DNA from: Callorhinchus milii
Lineage: Eukaryota
Reading direction: 5' to 3'
Assembly: GCF_018977255.1 (NCBI RefSeq)
Contig: NW_024704742.1
Span: 86,368,001-86,432,000, forward strand
DNA length: 64,000 nt
Below are positions 1 to 13,959 of the stretch, piece by piece. A program made the position numbers and the translations under genes. Every line of letters starts with the position of its first letter. The stretch's first letter is position 1. Below the pieces are notes generated by a model. It saw only the letters and a program-made list of their open reading frames with translations, was not told the DNA's origin and made no database searches.

Positions 1-425
<425 letters not shown>

Positions 426-1184
426 TTAGATATTATAATGATATTGGTGAAGCCAGAAACTTTACACAAAAAAATTGGCGTTCACTCAGTAAAAATATCA
501 TCTCTATATAAAAATTTTAAAATGCACAAACTAAATACTACAAAATAGCATCTTTATTACTGCTGTATTTTGCAGCGTTATAAGTTACAACAATAGTCTT
601 TAGGCCCAGAGCTCCTCCAATATCCCAGTAAGCAAATACATCAGATTAGGATGGTTTAAGCAAAGACTCAACATCACATACAGATGGATTAATACGGAAT
701 TAGAATGTTCAAGGGAACAGGTTACCAAATAAACTGATCAGCCAAGGCTCAAGCTTTGGATTGTTATCAGCCGACTGCAATCCAACAACCCTCCGCTAGA
801 AGTACCAACACGGAAATCAGGTGAGGACAGGACTGAACTAAATCACCATGGTCCTCCATGGTCGAACAACCCTCAAAATAGTGAATCTTATGGGCACCAC
901 AACAACGGGTCACTGACTCCTATGTAGCCACACCGCAGCAAACAAATTGGAGAGGGGAATGAAAGGAGAGGAAGGAAATCAGCTTAGTCTTCCACTTATT
1001 CATTTATCTTTTCTGAAAAATTTATGTAATGTACATGTAAACGTATATGACAAGAGTCAGCTACAATACCCTCCATGGTTGAAAAGCCAGCCAAGTTACC
1101 ATCTGTGCTCACAAATGAAGAATGACACTTGCCTGAATTACTGAAGGCCATATGCCAAAAAGATTTAGCGTCTTCAAGGAGAAT

Positions 1185-1772
1185 ACAACAACAAAATTAC
1201 ATTTGTATAGCGCCTTTCACATCGGGAGGATGTCCCAAGGCGCTGGGCAATCAGTGTTTCAGACTTGAGCTGGGGATCGGGATCGGGGACGGTGGAGGGC
1301 GGGGAGGGGGTGGGGAAGGAGGGTGATCAAAGGAATGGTCGAAGAAGAGGGTCTTGAGATGGGCCTTGAAGGAGGCAAGGGAGGGGGCGAGGTGTAGGGA
1401 CTACGGGATGGAATTCCAGAGGGTGGGGGTAGAGTGGCAGAAGGCCATCCCACCAATGGTGGGGCGGGTGAGGCGGGGGGCGTGAAGAGGCCGGAGCCCA
1501 CTGAGCAGAGGGAGCGAGCAGGATGGTAGGGGATTATGAGGTTGCAGAGGTAGGGGGGAGCAAGGCCATGGTGGGCTTTGAAAGTGAGGACCAGGATCTT
1601 GAACTGTATCCTCTGTGTGATGGGAAACCAGTGGAGTCGAGCGAGGATGTGGGTGATAAGAGTCACAAAGCCTGGTACAGAAGAGGACACGGGCTGCAGA
1701 GTTCTGGATGATCTGCAGCCTATGGAGGGAGGAGTTGGAGAGGCCGACCAGCAGGGCGTTTGCGTAGTCAAA
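1185..1772 (-). mobile_element. L2 LINE 3' fragment
   Basis: [18 protein letters not shown] motif and shared L2 tail. Confidence 0.88.
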
Positions 1773-2365
1773 TGATTATGAATGCATATATGAATAGCCC
1801 ATTTGATCCATTATACTGTGCCACACTAGCTACTCACTGGAACTGCTTTCTCCCATCCCACTTCCTTTACTTTCCCAGCTCTCAAATTTTTTATATATTT
1901 CTGACAATGTCTTAACTAATTCCCTTAAATTACCACAAGTAACTCTTTATTGTGTTTTTTTTTAATCTTCTGACTTCCTAAGATAAATTAATTCTTTGGA
2001 ACTACTTGTACGACATCAACCCATCAACTAAGACAGCTGTGTTTTAGTTGAATTTCTAGGAGTGGTATTCATCCTGTTCCTGGACATTGATTTGAAGAGA
2101 CGAACAGTTAGAAAAAACTCAATACTAGCTCGAGCTCAGATTCTCAAAAAATTTAGCAGCAATCAGCATTATCTCTTCTTGCTGCAATCTACAATGCCAG
2201 ATGAAATTCGTGGAAGTATTTGGATAATGCAGGATACACAATTCTCACATTTCGCAGTTTATTCCAACACAACAATTATAATCCTTGCATTTAATTTAGT
2301 GCCTTATCACGTTTCACAGTATATACTGTGAAGTGAAGATTGTATATTTTGTGGGTGAAACGCAC

Positions 2366-2528
2366 CTGAGGTAGGAACTGGCAGAGATTGCTCACTTGGA
2401 TGCTTAAAGCAGAGGTTTGTTCTTCCACCATTTTCTGGGTCGCATGCTCTCCGTTTATCTGCCACGTGGATTGATTGTTTGACACAGAAATCTCTCGACT
2501 AATAATAAGGTTGTGAGGAGGTTTGTAA
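2366..2528 (-). CDS. SMC5: SMC5 exon 4 (YKPPHNLIISREI...IQVSNLCQFLPQ)
   Basis: Conserved NLCQFLPQ Q-loop region; ttttacag acceptor, gtgcgt donor; 163 nt, in frame. Confidence 0.95.
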
Positions 2529-5089
2529 CTGTAAAAGGAACAACTTTTCAAAATTGATAACTAATTCAGAAATTAACCAAGAATTTTAATTCAAGACAGA
2601 AACAGCCCTCACTTCATTTTACTAGCCATTTATTACAATTTATCAAGCTAAAGAATTCTGAAATGAAAATTCGTGAAACCGCTCTTTAATAGTTAAACTT
2701 TCACTAGATTGGAATAAAATACTCCATTATTCTATTCCTACTCTCTTTGCCTCTCCAATGTTCAAAATTTCGTATTCAACACTGCACACATAGCTAATAG
2801 GAGTTAATCCTCCATGACGGAAAAGCGTGTTATTCCGCACCTATCAAGTGTTAAAAGCAAAGTCAGAGCTCCCATTGTAAAGAACAGGTCGATCTTTGCT
2901 GGACAATTCTGGTGACACCCTTTCTGGTAACATGGAATGGCACAGAACAAATCAAATTTAAAAATAATGGAAATCTAAATTTATAATCTCACAAGAACAA
3001 CTTCTATTTATGTGCTGCTATTCAAGTCAAAGAATATCTCAAAACACTAACATAATTTCCAAAAGTTAAGTGAATTGTTCAATTCCCACACTTTTTGGCG
3101 GGGGGTGGTGTGAAGCTACCTCTGATTCTAAATAGCTGGATTGCGCAAGTGACAAGGTTGAGGCCTTTTTTTTAAGGATCCAGACTAATAGAAAATATCA
3201 GTGAACAAACAGTAAAAGCAATAATCATTGTCACTGAAAGAAGCTCCACTTTTTAAGCTCACTGAGAGCCTCTGGTGAAAGAAAGAAGGCACAGCACAAG
3301 GTGGTGCATTCTCAGTTTAAACACTGAAGGGAAAAACATCAAGAATTAGTTCATCCTCAATTTCTACAGATTCACAAGCAATTCTTTTTTTAAAAAAAGA
3401 GGATCAGGGCCTAAAAATATTCCTGGCCGTGGGAGCAAAAATTCATCCCTTTTTCACTACAGTGGCTTAATATTAAAATTAATCAACTGTGCAAGTGATA
3501 ATTATCACAACACATGCAGCATTCTCTTCCCCCTCCATGGATTTTGCATGCAAATCAAGCGTTTTCATATTCTGTTTTGTGTCCTGAACATTATGTCAGG
3601 TTCTCAACAGCGGCCACCCCTTTTTTGAAAAGGTTTGAACCTTCCCTAATCTGCTTTTTGTATTCATGTCTTCCAATACAGTGGAATGCTGCTTATCTGC
3701 ATACCGGCTAGCCACATGGCTGATTATCTATGGCTAATTATCTACACTGGAGCTTTTTTTCAGGTCAGCCGGGTGTCTGACACATGCGGAAACCCATCAC
3801 CATGCTTAAAACCAAGCTGAGAATTCCATGCATCCCACTTACACATGGAAAGCCCAGAGATAGATTGTTGGAATGGAATGCGCACTTTCTCCCTGGAGCG
3901 ACGGATCCTGCTTACCTAATTCCAGAAAGTATTAGGCACAGATTGGCAAGAGTCAAGGCTTGGGGACCCCAGACTGTGCGCTGGAGTACTGTTGGGAGTC
4001 TAACCAATTAAAACCACTTAGCTTGCCGTTGGTATCCTGTCTGGCAAGCTTTCCCACTGCTTGTCCAGCTAGGACCACCCTACCCAATAGGGCTTTGGGT
4101 TGATGGGTTAACAGGAGCTGAGTGAGATAACTCCCAGGCCCTAGTGACTGGTCTGCCCTTCCAGGTCCTCCTGAAGAGCCATGCAGGCTGTGCTGTAATC
4201 AGCAATGCCCGGAATACTGTGGACCCGCCTGGCTCAGGAACCGGACTACCGAGACCGGCAGAGGGCTGGATCGATTTTGACATTCCATTGCTAGGCATGT
4301 CATATTGGAGCCAGTTCAGCTCCAAGGAGACCACGCTTACTTCCCCCAAGGAAGATGGTAACTAGTTGGTTGTTTGACATCCGATAAGCGCGGGTTTGGG
4401 CTCTCACTAGGTAGATGGTCGGTACAAGGAACTTCCTGCGAGCTTCCTGGTGGGGCTCAAATGCAGAAGTGAAATTGGGCTGCAATTGAAGCAAAATATT
4501 TTAGTTGCGCACATACGCGCATTGTAACAAGATTCAGAATTTTTCTTAAGCAGCTTAAGGTGGAAACTTTGATCCAGGTAGGTACATAAAGAGAGAGACA
4601 CACACACACTCAGTCAATGCAGTGCTGGGAGCGTGCTGCATCATTGGAGGTGCCATCTTTCTTATGAGAAGCTAAACTGAGGCCCCGTCTGCTTCTTCAG
4701 ATGGACGTTAAATATCCCATAGCCCAATTCAAAAAGAGAAGGGAATTTGTTCCCATGTCCCGTCCAACAATCTCCCATATACAATATATACACTTGTTTG
4801 TGGGACATTGCTGAGTGCAAACCGGCTGCCTTGTTCGCCCGCAAAACACTGGCATTCCATTTTACAGTATATCCTGCAAAGTGCTTTGAGATGTCTTCTT
4901 GACATGATAGATGTGGTACCAATTGTAAGGATTATTATTACTTTTTCCCAATCTAGGCATCAGCCTCCAATACAAGTATCAACTTCCATGGAAATGAAGC
5001 TGATGCAAGCTGCCCCATAGTTATTAATAATAATAATCCTTCCATTTGATATGGCGCCTTATCAGGTCATTGAGCCACCTTAAAAGTGC

Positions 5090-5808
5090 TTCACATCCGC
5101 TCCACAGCTGGCACTGCCTTCCACCACCTCCGGAACATCACCAGACTACGGCACTACCTCACCCCTCACGCTGCTGAAACTCTGGTCCACGCCTTTATCA
5201 CCTCAAGGCTGGACTACGGGAACTCTCTCCTCGTCTGCCTTCCCGGCACCTCCCTCCACAAGCTGCAGGTCATTTAGAACTCTGCAGCTCGTGTACTGTC
5301 CCGCACCAGGCTTCGGGACCACATCACTCCCACCCTCGCTCGCCTCCACTGGCTCCCCATCCCCCAGAGGATCGAATTCAAGATCCTCATCCTCACCTAC
5401 AAGGCCATTCACGGCCTCGCTCTCTCCTACCTCTCCGATCTACTATCCCCCCACGTACCTGCCCATACCCTCCGTTCCCCTGGCTCCGGTCTGCTCCACA
5501 TCCCCCGCCCTAACCGCCCTACCATCGGTGGCCGGGCCTTCAGCCTCTCAGCCCCGAGGCTCTGGAACTCCATCCCCCAGTGCCTTCGCCGCCTCCTCCC
5601 TTTCCTCCTTCAAGGCCGGTCTCAAGACCTTTCTCTTCAACCGTGCCTTCAGCTCCCCTCTCGACTGTCTACCTCCTCCTCGTTCCCTCCCTTCCCTCCC
5701 CTCACCCTGACCATTTCCCCCCTGCTCGGGTCCCGAACCAACTGTCCAGCGCCTTGGGATGTCCTCCCAACGTGAAAGGCGCTCTATAAATGCAATTTTG
5801 TTGTTGTT
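5090..5808 (+). mobile_element. L2 LINE 3' fragment
   Basis: Near-identical to the 3' 700 bp of the other young L2 copies; ends in a TTG repeat. Confidence 0.9.
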
Positions 5809-6303
5809 CACAGGATATACTGTAAAGTGGACGGACTATTTTATGGGTAAAATGTTTGGAACAGTACCGGATGCAATAGGAGGCAAAAGGAGCAAGATTC
5901 CCCACTAATTAAGTATTCATGCATCTGCTATAGAACTAAATTACTGATCATTTGTATGATAATCCAAAGACTAATATTTCATTCACACTGATGGGAATGC
6001 ACCTCAGATCAGTAGAAAATAATGACTCTTGTCAATTTTAACATTCAACATTTGATTGAATCACTGTCCGTTTAAAATTGATCATTCAAGTTCAGTTGCG
6101 GGAAACCAAGTCTGTCACAGAATTACAATCTTTGATAAAACAGTCAAATACAGATCAAATGCGCAACTGAATTTAACAGTTAAGTTATATCAAACTCTTA
6201 TCACCTGCACTCAGTCAGCTGCTGACAGACACTTTGGTTATGGCAACCACAAGTTTGCTACTAAAAGTTTACAGTAAAGCTACTCATGCAAATCTATACT
6301 TAC

Positions 6304-6356
6304 AGTTCTAGTTCAATAGATCCTTTGTCAAATCCACGCTTCACATAAAGGCCAAC
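6304..6356 (-). CDS. SMC5: SMC5 exon 3 (VGLYVKRGFDKGSIELEL)
   Basis: Found by hand, not in the ORF track. acag acceptor, gtaagt donor, 53 nt. Matches the SMC5 VGxxVKRGxxxGxxExEL segment. Confidence 0.92.
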
Positions 6357-6949
6357 CTGTTCAAAAAAAATTGGACAATATTCATAAAGTCCCTATTCAT
6401 CACAACTAACGCTAGTTAGTGGTTCGAAAGTAACAGTATTTTGTACAATTAAAATGAACACATTTCATACTTTACTGGTCTAATGAAATAATTAAATAAA
6501 AGTCAATATGGTAAACAGAACAGAGATCAGGGCAGTGTCATAGCTTAAACCAGGGTGGTCCAACCTTTTTTGCTGCCGTGGGCTGGATTCCCTATGAGAG
6601 GAAAGTCCACAGGCCGCATAAGCAATATTTTGTGATGCCACTTATGAGTGAGGCACATTGACATTACAAAAAATGCTCAACCTGATTTAAATTGTCTTAT
6701 TCCATCAAACATCAGTTACTACCGTTTAAATTTTATGAACGTTTTTACAGTTGTTACGGACACACTATTATTTGTGTTCAATTACCTGCTTTCTTTTATA
6801 TTGTTGTGTTTTTGCATGTGTTGGTTGAAAGCTGCAGTAAGCCTGTGAGCTATTGCAAACTTGATATCTGTATGTATCAAAGCTTTAAAAACACTTTAGA
6901 TCTATGGAGCTTATTTTATTTAAAGGTAAATACTCCACTGGTGATATAA

Positions 6950-8950
6950 AGTCTGCAAATGTCGAGAGGATCCGCTCAGCCTCTGCCCTTCTAACCACTA
7001 CCCCTCCCCATCCCCCCCTCACACCCCGGCTCCTACCCATCCCTCCCTCCCTCCACACCTTCGAACCTGTCTCCCCCTCCTCTCTCATCACCACCATAAC
7101 CCATATGAAACCGATCACCTGCTCCCTCAACCCCATCCCCAACTCCCAGCCCTACCTCGTTGCCTCACAGACATCATCAACCTCTCCCTGTCTACTGGCA
7201 CCGTTCCCACCCCTTTAAAAATGGAAGGCATCACTCCTATCCTTAAAGCCCTCCCTGGACCCATCCCTGCTCTCAAACTACCACCCCATCTCCATCCTCC
7301 CTTTCCTAGGTCTTGAATGAGTCATTGCTTCTCGGCTTCGCTCCTTCCTGTGCCGCCCACAGCACAGAAACTGCTTTGGTCAAAGTGACAAATCATATTT
7401 TGTCCATCTGTATCAGGGCACCCTCGGTCTCCTCATCCTCCTTGACGCTTTCGATACCATTGACCACTCTATCCTCCTCCACTGCCTCTCCTCTCACCTC
7501 AAACCTCACAGTTCTGTCCTTCAGTGGTTCAGATCCTACCTCTCACACCGTCTCCACTTCATCTCCACAAACAACTTGTCCTCTAGCCCCCGCACCACCT
7601 CGTGCGGAGTTCCTCAGGGCTCTGTACTTGGTCACCTCCTCTTCAATATCTATATGCTCCCTATTGATGACATCATCTGCAGACATGAGGTCAATTTCCA
7701 CATGTATGTGGATGACACCCAACTATCTCTCTGCCTTCATCCTTGACTTCAGGACCACTGCTGTCCTGACAAAATGTCTGTCAGACATCAAGTTCTGGAT
7801 GAGAGCTAACTTTCTGCAGTAGAACGTTAACAAGACGGAGGCCCTCCTGATTGGCTCCCGGCAGCGCCTCCACACCTCAGGCACCATCACCATCCATGGA
7901 TGCACACTACACCTCATCGAGCCAGTCCCGGAGCCTTGGCGTCTTGTTTGACCCTCAACTATCCGTTCTATCCCACATCTGTGCCATGTCCCTCTCTGCC
8001 TTCCCCCACTTCCACAACATCGCCCGGCTCCGCCACTGTCTCACAACACAAGCCGCCAAGACCCTCATACACGCATTGATAATATCCAGGCTCGACTATG
8101 CAAACTCCCTGCTTGTCGGCCTCCCCAACTCCTCCTTCCATAGGCTGCAAATCATTCAGAGCTCTGCGGCCCATGTTCTCTCCTGCACCAGGCTCCGCGA
8201 CCCTATCACCCCCATCCTGTGGAGTCCTGTAGCTCAGTGGTTAGGGTGCTCGCCTTGCAAGCGAGACACCTGATTCAATTCCAAGCAGTTGCCTTACTTC
8301 ACACGTCTAATAATAATCCCTTCAAAAAACAAAACAATAATAAATTGGTCATTTTCAATCCACAACTGTTTGTGAGACACTGCTGTGCGCAATTGGCTGC
8401 TGCGTTTCGCCCACAAATATACAGTCAATTCACTTTACAGCATATTCTGTGAAGCGCTTTGAGACGTCTAGAAGACATGAAAATTGCTATATTAAATCCA
8501 AGGATTATTATTATTATTCTCGCCCAACTCCACTGGCTTCCATCACACAGAGAATACAGTTCAAGATCCTGATCCTCACCTTCAAAGCCCTCCATCGCCT
8601 TGCTCCACACTACCTCTGCAACCTCCTAAACCCCTACCAACCTGGCTGCTCCCTCCGCTCAGCGGGCTCCAGCCTACTTCATGTCACCAGCTTTGCCCGC
8701 CCCAACATTGGCGGGCGGGCCTTCTGCCACCACCCTCTGGAACTCCAACCCGCAGTCCCTCCACCTCACCTCCTCCAAGACCCGTGTCAAGACCCTCCTC
8801 TTCGACCGTACCTTCAGTCACCCTCCTCCCACCCCTGCCCTCCACCCTCCCCGATCCCGACACCCAGCTCAGGTCCGAAACACTGATTATTCAGCACCTT
8901 GGGATATCCTTCCAAAGTGATAGGCGCTATACAAATGTAATTTTGTTGTC
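6950..8950 (+). mobile_element. Degenerate L2 LINE interrupted by a SINE at 8220-8518
   Basis: [10 protein letters not shown] and SRLDYANSLL motifs plus L2 tail; L2 sequence resumes after the SINE (TTA)n tail. Confidence 0.88.
8220..8518 (+). mobile_element. SINE (same family) inserted in L2
   Basis: tRNA-like head at 8220, internal deletion, (TTA)n tail. Confidence 0.9.
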
Positions 8951-10239
8951 ATTGTAAATGTAGCCAATTGGACAGGAAAAAAGGATTGTTAATATCCAGG
9001 CGGTGGGGTTAGATACAATGGTGTTTTGGTGGGAGAAGGCTTGTTGCCACCCACTGTAAAATTATCATTCGACAGGGAGAAACATGATTGAATGATCCCT
9101 CGCAATGAGGATCGGTTTATTTGCCCCTAAAAGGAGCGAGCCTGCTCGCCTTGTGGTCACTATTCACCTGATGACATCAAAAGTACAAGCCTGACTGACA
9201 CTGAGTAGTAGTCCTCTCGGTCAGGAATTGTTTTTTCGTGCATTCTGTTCACCGACTCATTGTTGAGTGTCTGCTAGCTGGTATTTAGATAAAGTGTGAT
9301 TTTTAGTGTTTGTTATTTCCTGGTGTCATACTTATCTAATTTGTCAGGAAATGCTTAAGTTACTATTTATTTGGGTTGTGTATTTCATGGAATAGCAATA
9401 ACATTCTGTCGAGTTTGCTTGACCATGCTTTCTCGAGTCTCTATAATCAATCTGGAAGAAGGGGACACATAAACAGGTTCAGCCTATCTCACAGTAAACC
9501 AGTGCAAAAACCTGCTGACGGAAGCTTCTAAATTTGCTGTAATATAAACGGCAATTGGCAGTACCTATTGTCGTGGTAACTCTCACTGGTGAAGTACACC
9601 TGAAATTAGGTGAGGGATCGAACACAGAGGCCACCAAATACGCTCTGCCAGGGTGGGCCGGACACACATCGTGGGTATACAAAAGGGGTGAGAAGCGTCG
9701 CACTGTCGAGTCAGTTATTCTTGCTAATTGGGATCTACCCCATTGTCGATTAGCAAATATTGTTGACAATTGATCACAGTGGAAAATACATACTTGCTAC
9801 AATGCTAACCAACAAACTTCTTTCATCAGTGGGTATACGATCACTATAATATACCACACTGTGCTAGCCCCTCCAAGTCTGCCCTTCCTCTCTCCAAGTC
9901 TGCCTTTGCCCACTCTCTTGTCCCCTTTTTCACTCTAACCCTAGAGATTACAAAAGTATAAACATTTTCATTCTCAATACTGGAGACAATAAATCACTTG
10001 TACACATGTACCAAGTTTCATGCATACGTACAAGATTGCCAAGCATGCAATTTACACAAGCAGAGCAACTAAATCACATTCCTATTAACCTTACACACAC
10101 ACACATAGATTGTTGTGCCCAGCATTTTACAACACTGTATGTACTTCTGGATCAGAGACATACAAGTAGGCGTGCAGACAACTGGTTGGAAATGGCAGGG
10201 TTCTACTGTACATTATTCCATAAAAAGTTTTATCAAAAT

Positions 10240-10370
10240 GCAAAATATTGCAGATGCTGGAAATCTGAAACAAAACCAGAAGTCGCTGGGAATACTCAGC
10301 AGCATCTATGGAGAAAGAAAAGCGAGTCAACGTTTCTGGTCCACAACCCGTAGTCAGAACATGAAAAGTT
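10240..10370 (+). mobile_element. Penelope-like terminal repeat fragment (second copy split at 10765-10781 / 11444-11550)
   Basis: tgcagatgctggaaatctgaaacaaaaccagaagtcgctgggaatactcagcag occurs twice in the window; the family assignment is from recall of chondrichthyan repeats. Confidence 0.5.
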
Positions 10371-10380
10371 CTACTTGCTA

Positions 10381-10605
<225 letters not shown>

Positions 10606-10781
10606 CTACTTATAATTACAACAACAAAATTACATTTGCATAATACCTTTCACGTTGGGAGGACATCCCAAGGCGCTGAATTAGCTTTAAAGCAGCAATC
10701 TATCAACCATTTGAAATATGTAACAAAATCATTACAAAACATTAAGCTTCGCTAAAGGCATAATACTGCAGATGCTGGAAA

Positions 10782-11443
10782 TCTTCTTTATTATCTGATA
10801 TATAATCTAATAAAAGGACAATGTCTGTCTGCGCTTCCAGAAGGATCTAAATAACCGACTGACGTAGAACAACAACAACTTGGATTTATATAGCACCCTC
10901 CATGGCGGACGGCGCCTCAAGAGCGCTTCACAATAACGGATCCCGGGGACGTAGATACATAAACACATTTATACCTCATCGGAAAGGTCTTGCACCTGGG
11001 AGTGACATGAGCATATTTATTTTTAGGTATCTCCTATTGCTCATGCATTATTTTAAATTTTGCGTTTTTCGCTGCAGTTACACCTGGTGGCTGCCAAGTC
11101 AAAGTGGCAAGTCAAAATGGCATCATGCGCCACAGAGCACGTACATATGTACGCACACACTGTAGTTACACCTGGTGGTCGCGCCGGCTGATCATGGCGC
11201 TGTGGCATTGTGCGTCAGAGAAAGCATATAATCAAGCAGCGGGAAAAAAATAAAGAACACAGATGAAGCTAAGCTGAGGCAACAACAAAATTACATTTTT
11301 ATGGCGCTGAGCTCTCCTACAGGAGTCCTCCCACAGGAGTATAAATAAAGATGAAATATCTGTTTGTGTGTCTGTCTGTGTGTCAATCTACATTCCATAT
11401 TGATTCCTTTAGTTGCAAGCGAAGCTGCAACAGGTACAGTTAG
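10782..11443 (+). mobile_element. Putative non-autonomous Helitron-like element
   Basis: 5' TC; 3' hairpin GTTGCA..TGCAAC followed by TTAG; sits between A and T of an interrupted repeat with no TSD. Confidence 0.6.
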
Positions 11444-11706
11444 TCTGAAATAAAAACAGAAGTCGCTGGGAACACTCAGCAGGTCAGGCAGCACCTATGG
11501 AGAGGAAATTGAGTCAGAACTCAAGTCATTGACATGAAACGTTAATTAAACTTGGCTCATCACTTTAATCTTCAAGTTTGATTCCAAACTTTCTGAATGG
11601 CCCAGTTCTTAACCCTGGGATCACTCTTTTCCAGGATAGCTCTTATTTCCTTTGGTTTGAACACACAGGTGACCAACATTTTAATGGCACAGGTTTGCTA
11701 AAGCCA

Positions 11707-12033
11707 TTAATAATAATAATAATAATCCTTGTATTTGATATAGCGCTTTTCACGTCGGAAGGACGTCCCAAAGCGCTTCACAGAACACACTGTAAAGTGA
11801 ATTGACTGTAAATTTGTGGGCGAACGCGGCAGCCAATTGCGCACAGCAATGTCCCACAAACAGTCGTAGATTGAAAATGCCAATTTTATTATTGTTTTTG
11901 GTTTTGGAGGGATTATTATTAGGCTCTGTGTGGAGTAAGGAAACTTGCCCAAGGTTTCGCCCTCTGCCTGGAATTGAACTCAGGTCTCTCGCTTGCAAAG
12001 CGAGTGCTCTAACCACTGAGCTACAGGACTCCA
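11707..12033 (-). mobile_element. Full-length tRNA-derived SINE with Deu-domain-like body and L2-like tail
   Basis: Head TGGAGTCCTGTAGCTCAGTGGTTAGAGC (box A) ... GAGTTCAATTCC (box B); tail GGGACGTCCTTCCGACGTGAAAAGCGCTATAT..(TTA)n shared with L2. Confidence 0.92.
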
Positions 12034-12564
12034 GGTCTTCAAGGTCTGCTTCAAGACTTCCCTCTTTTGTGACACCATTGCTCAATGTTCAACATATTCA
12101 GTGATTTTATACTGTCAGAGCTGGCAACACTGTCTCCAGATATACAGATTACTAATTCTGGAGGTAGAATTTCTCCACATCGAGATATCTACACAGTATT
12201 GCCGCTGCTTCTGCTTGCCAGACTGAGCTTTCTCTCTACCTATAGAGGCAAGATAAGGTTGCAATCTGCGAGTTTATACGAGCAGTTATTTCTCTGATGG
12301 TGTTATTGCTGTGGATTCTCCCCCGCAATGCAAATGGGGCAAATTGACAGCACTAGTATATTCCAGGGCTGCTTTCATTTCACGTGTATGTTACAATATG
12401 AACACACAATCAATGAACGCGAGAAGGGGGACGTGAAAACTCCAACACTGTCGAGGGGGAAAAAGCCATATTTCTTGTTCCAGATTTACAGTTATATATT
12501 AATTACCTTCTTTGCATAATTTGCCCAACTGTGGAGAATACTTTCCAACCACTCTCTGAAACAA

Positions 12565-13310
12565 TAACTTGAACTTGTATAGATTGCACCTTTCACATAG
12601 GATGGATGTCTCCAAGCACTCAGCAGATACAAGAGAGAGCAATAAAATAATTTAAGGGCGTTGACCAAAACAACAATCAACGAAATCTCTTTTATAAGAC
12701 ACACTTCTCCTCCTTCGGCTGTGACTCCGGGTCCACCGATGTTCTGTCTGGCAGACATCAGGGCCTGGATAAGCACAAACTTCTTACAACTAAATGTTGA
12801 CAAGACAGAAGCTATACTCCTTGGTCCCCATCAACGTCTTCTGTCCTGCGGCTCTGAACTGTTGTAGCCTCACGTAACGCAGGGTAGAGTCTTAGAGAGT
12901 TTGACAGTGGTGGAGCACAACACCGGGCCGGGAGGCAAGGGGAAGTGACCAAAGGCACGGTCAAAAAGGAAGGTCTTCAGACACGACCTAAAGATGGGAA
13001 GGAGGGGGCAAAGCGGAGGGATAGAGGAAGAGTGTTCCAGAGCGTAGTGCCTGAAAGCACGGTCACTGATGGTGGAATGGAGAGCATGCGGAACAAGCAG
13101 GAGGCCGGAGCCAGTCGAGGGGAAGCAGCGGGTTGTGGGAGTAAAATAGGTCAGAGAGGCAGGAAGATGTCAGGGCATAAAGGGTTTTGAAGACGAATGT
13201 GAGGACCTTGAAATCGATCCGTTCGAGAGCCAGTGGAGCCTGGCTAGTACTGGTGTGATGGGTCTACTGCTTATTGCGGGTGAGTATGCGAGCGACAGAG
13301 TTTTGAATTA
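12565..13310. mobile_element. Cluster of old L2 fragments in mixed orientation
   Basis: Plus-strand NFLQLNVDKTE fragment (about 12700-12870) and minus-strand 3' fragment (about 12875-13310). Confidence 0.7.
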
Positions 13311-13959
13311 ATAAGCAATAGTTAATGGGGCTGCTCTATGTATGTTATGGAATGAGCCAGAGATTTAACTCTACTTTGAGGATTCCCTCCCCGTACACAT
13401 AGTTCAAATAGCAATTGAGTTTACATTCTTGGCTTCTTTGGTTTTCTGTCACAAAACATTTCTGACCAATTCTAAAAGCACATCAGGAATCATGAAAAAG
13501 TACCTGACAAGATTATAGCTCTTAGGGAAACTACGATCATTTGTGAAATGCATCAAAACAAAATTCTCAAACATTTATGCTCTAGATCTGTGCTATAAGA
13601 CGAACAAATGTATCCAATGCAATGTAACATAATTTTTTTGTTCCAGGGTTGGGGTGGGGGAGAGGAAGCATGTGCGTAGGGAATAATGTCAGATTTTAAA
13701 TCAATCAATACTTTGGTCAATTATGTTTTGGATGAGCAAGCATCTCTGAAAAACTTCCTTTCAGGAAAGTGTGGGTACATTGTCAGGGATGCCGTAAATC
13801 AGATGAAGTATTAAATTAATATTTCATCCGCCTACTCAATGACTATTTGAAATGAAATGGGCGTATTTCCTGGTGTCCCAACTAACAATTCTCCAGATAA
13901 ATTGGTAATTTACTTCATTGATGCTTGTGGGACATTTCTATGTCACTTCCATCCTATCC

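Noticed and set aside
11960..12033. tRNA-like sequence (also about 30330-30404, 41965-42037 and 8220-8290)
   Set aside because: These are SINE heads continuing into the SINE body; there is no complete acceptor stem or Pol III terminator.
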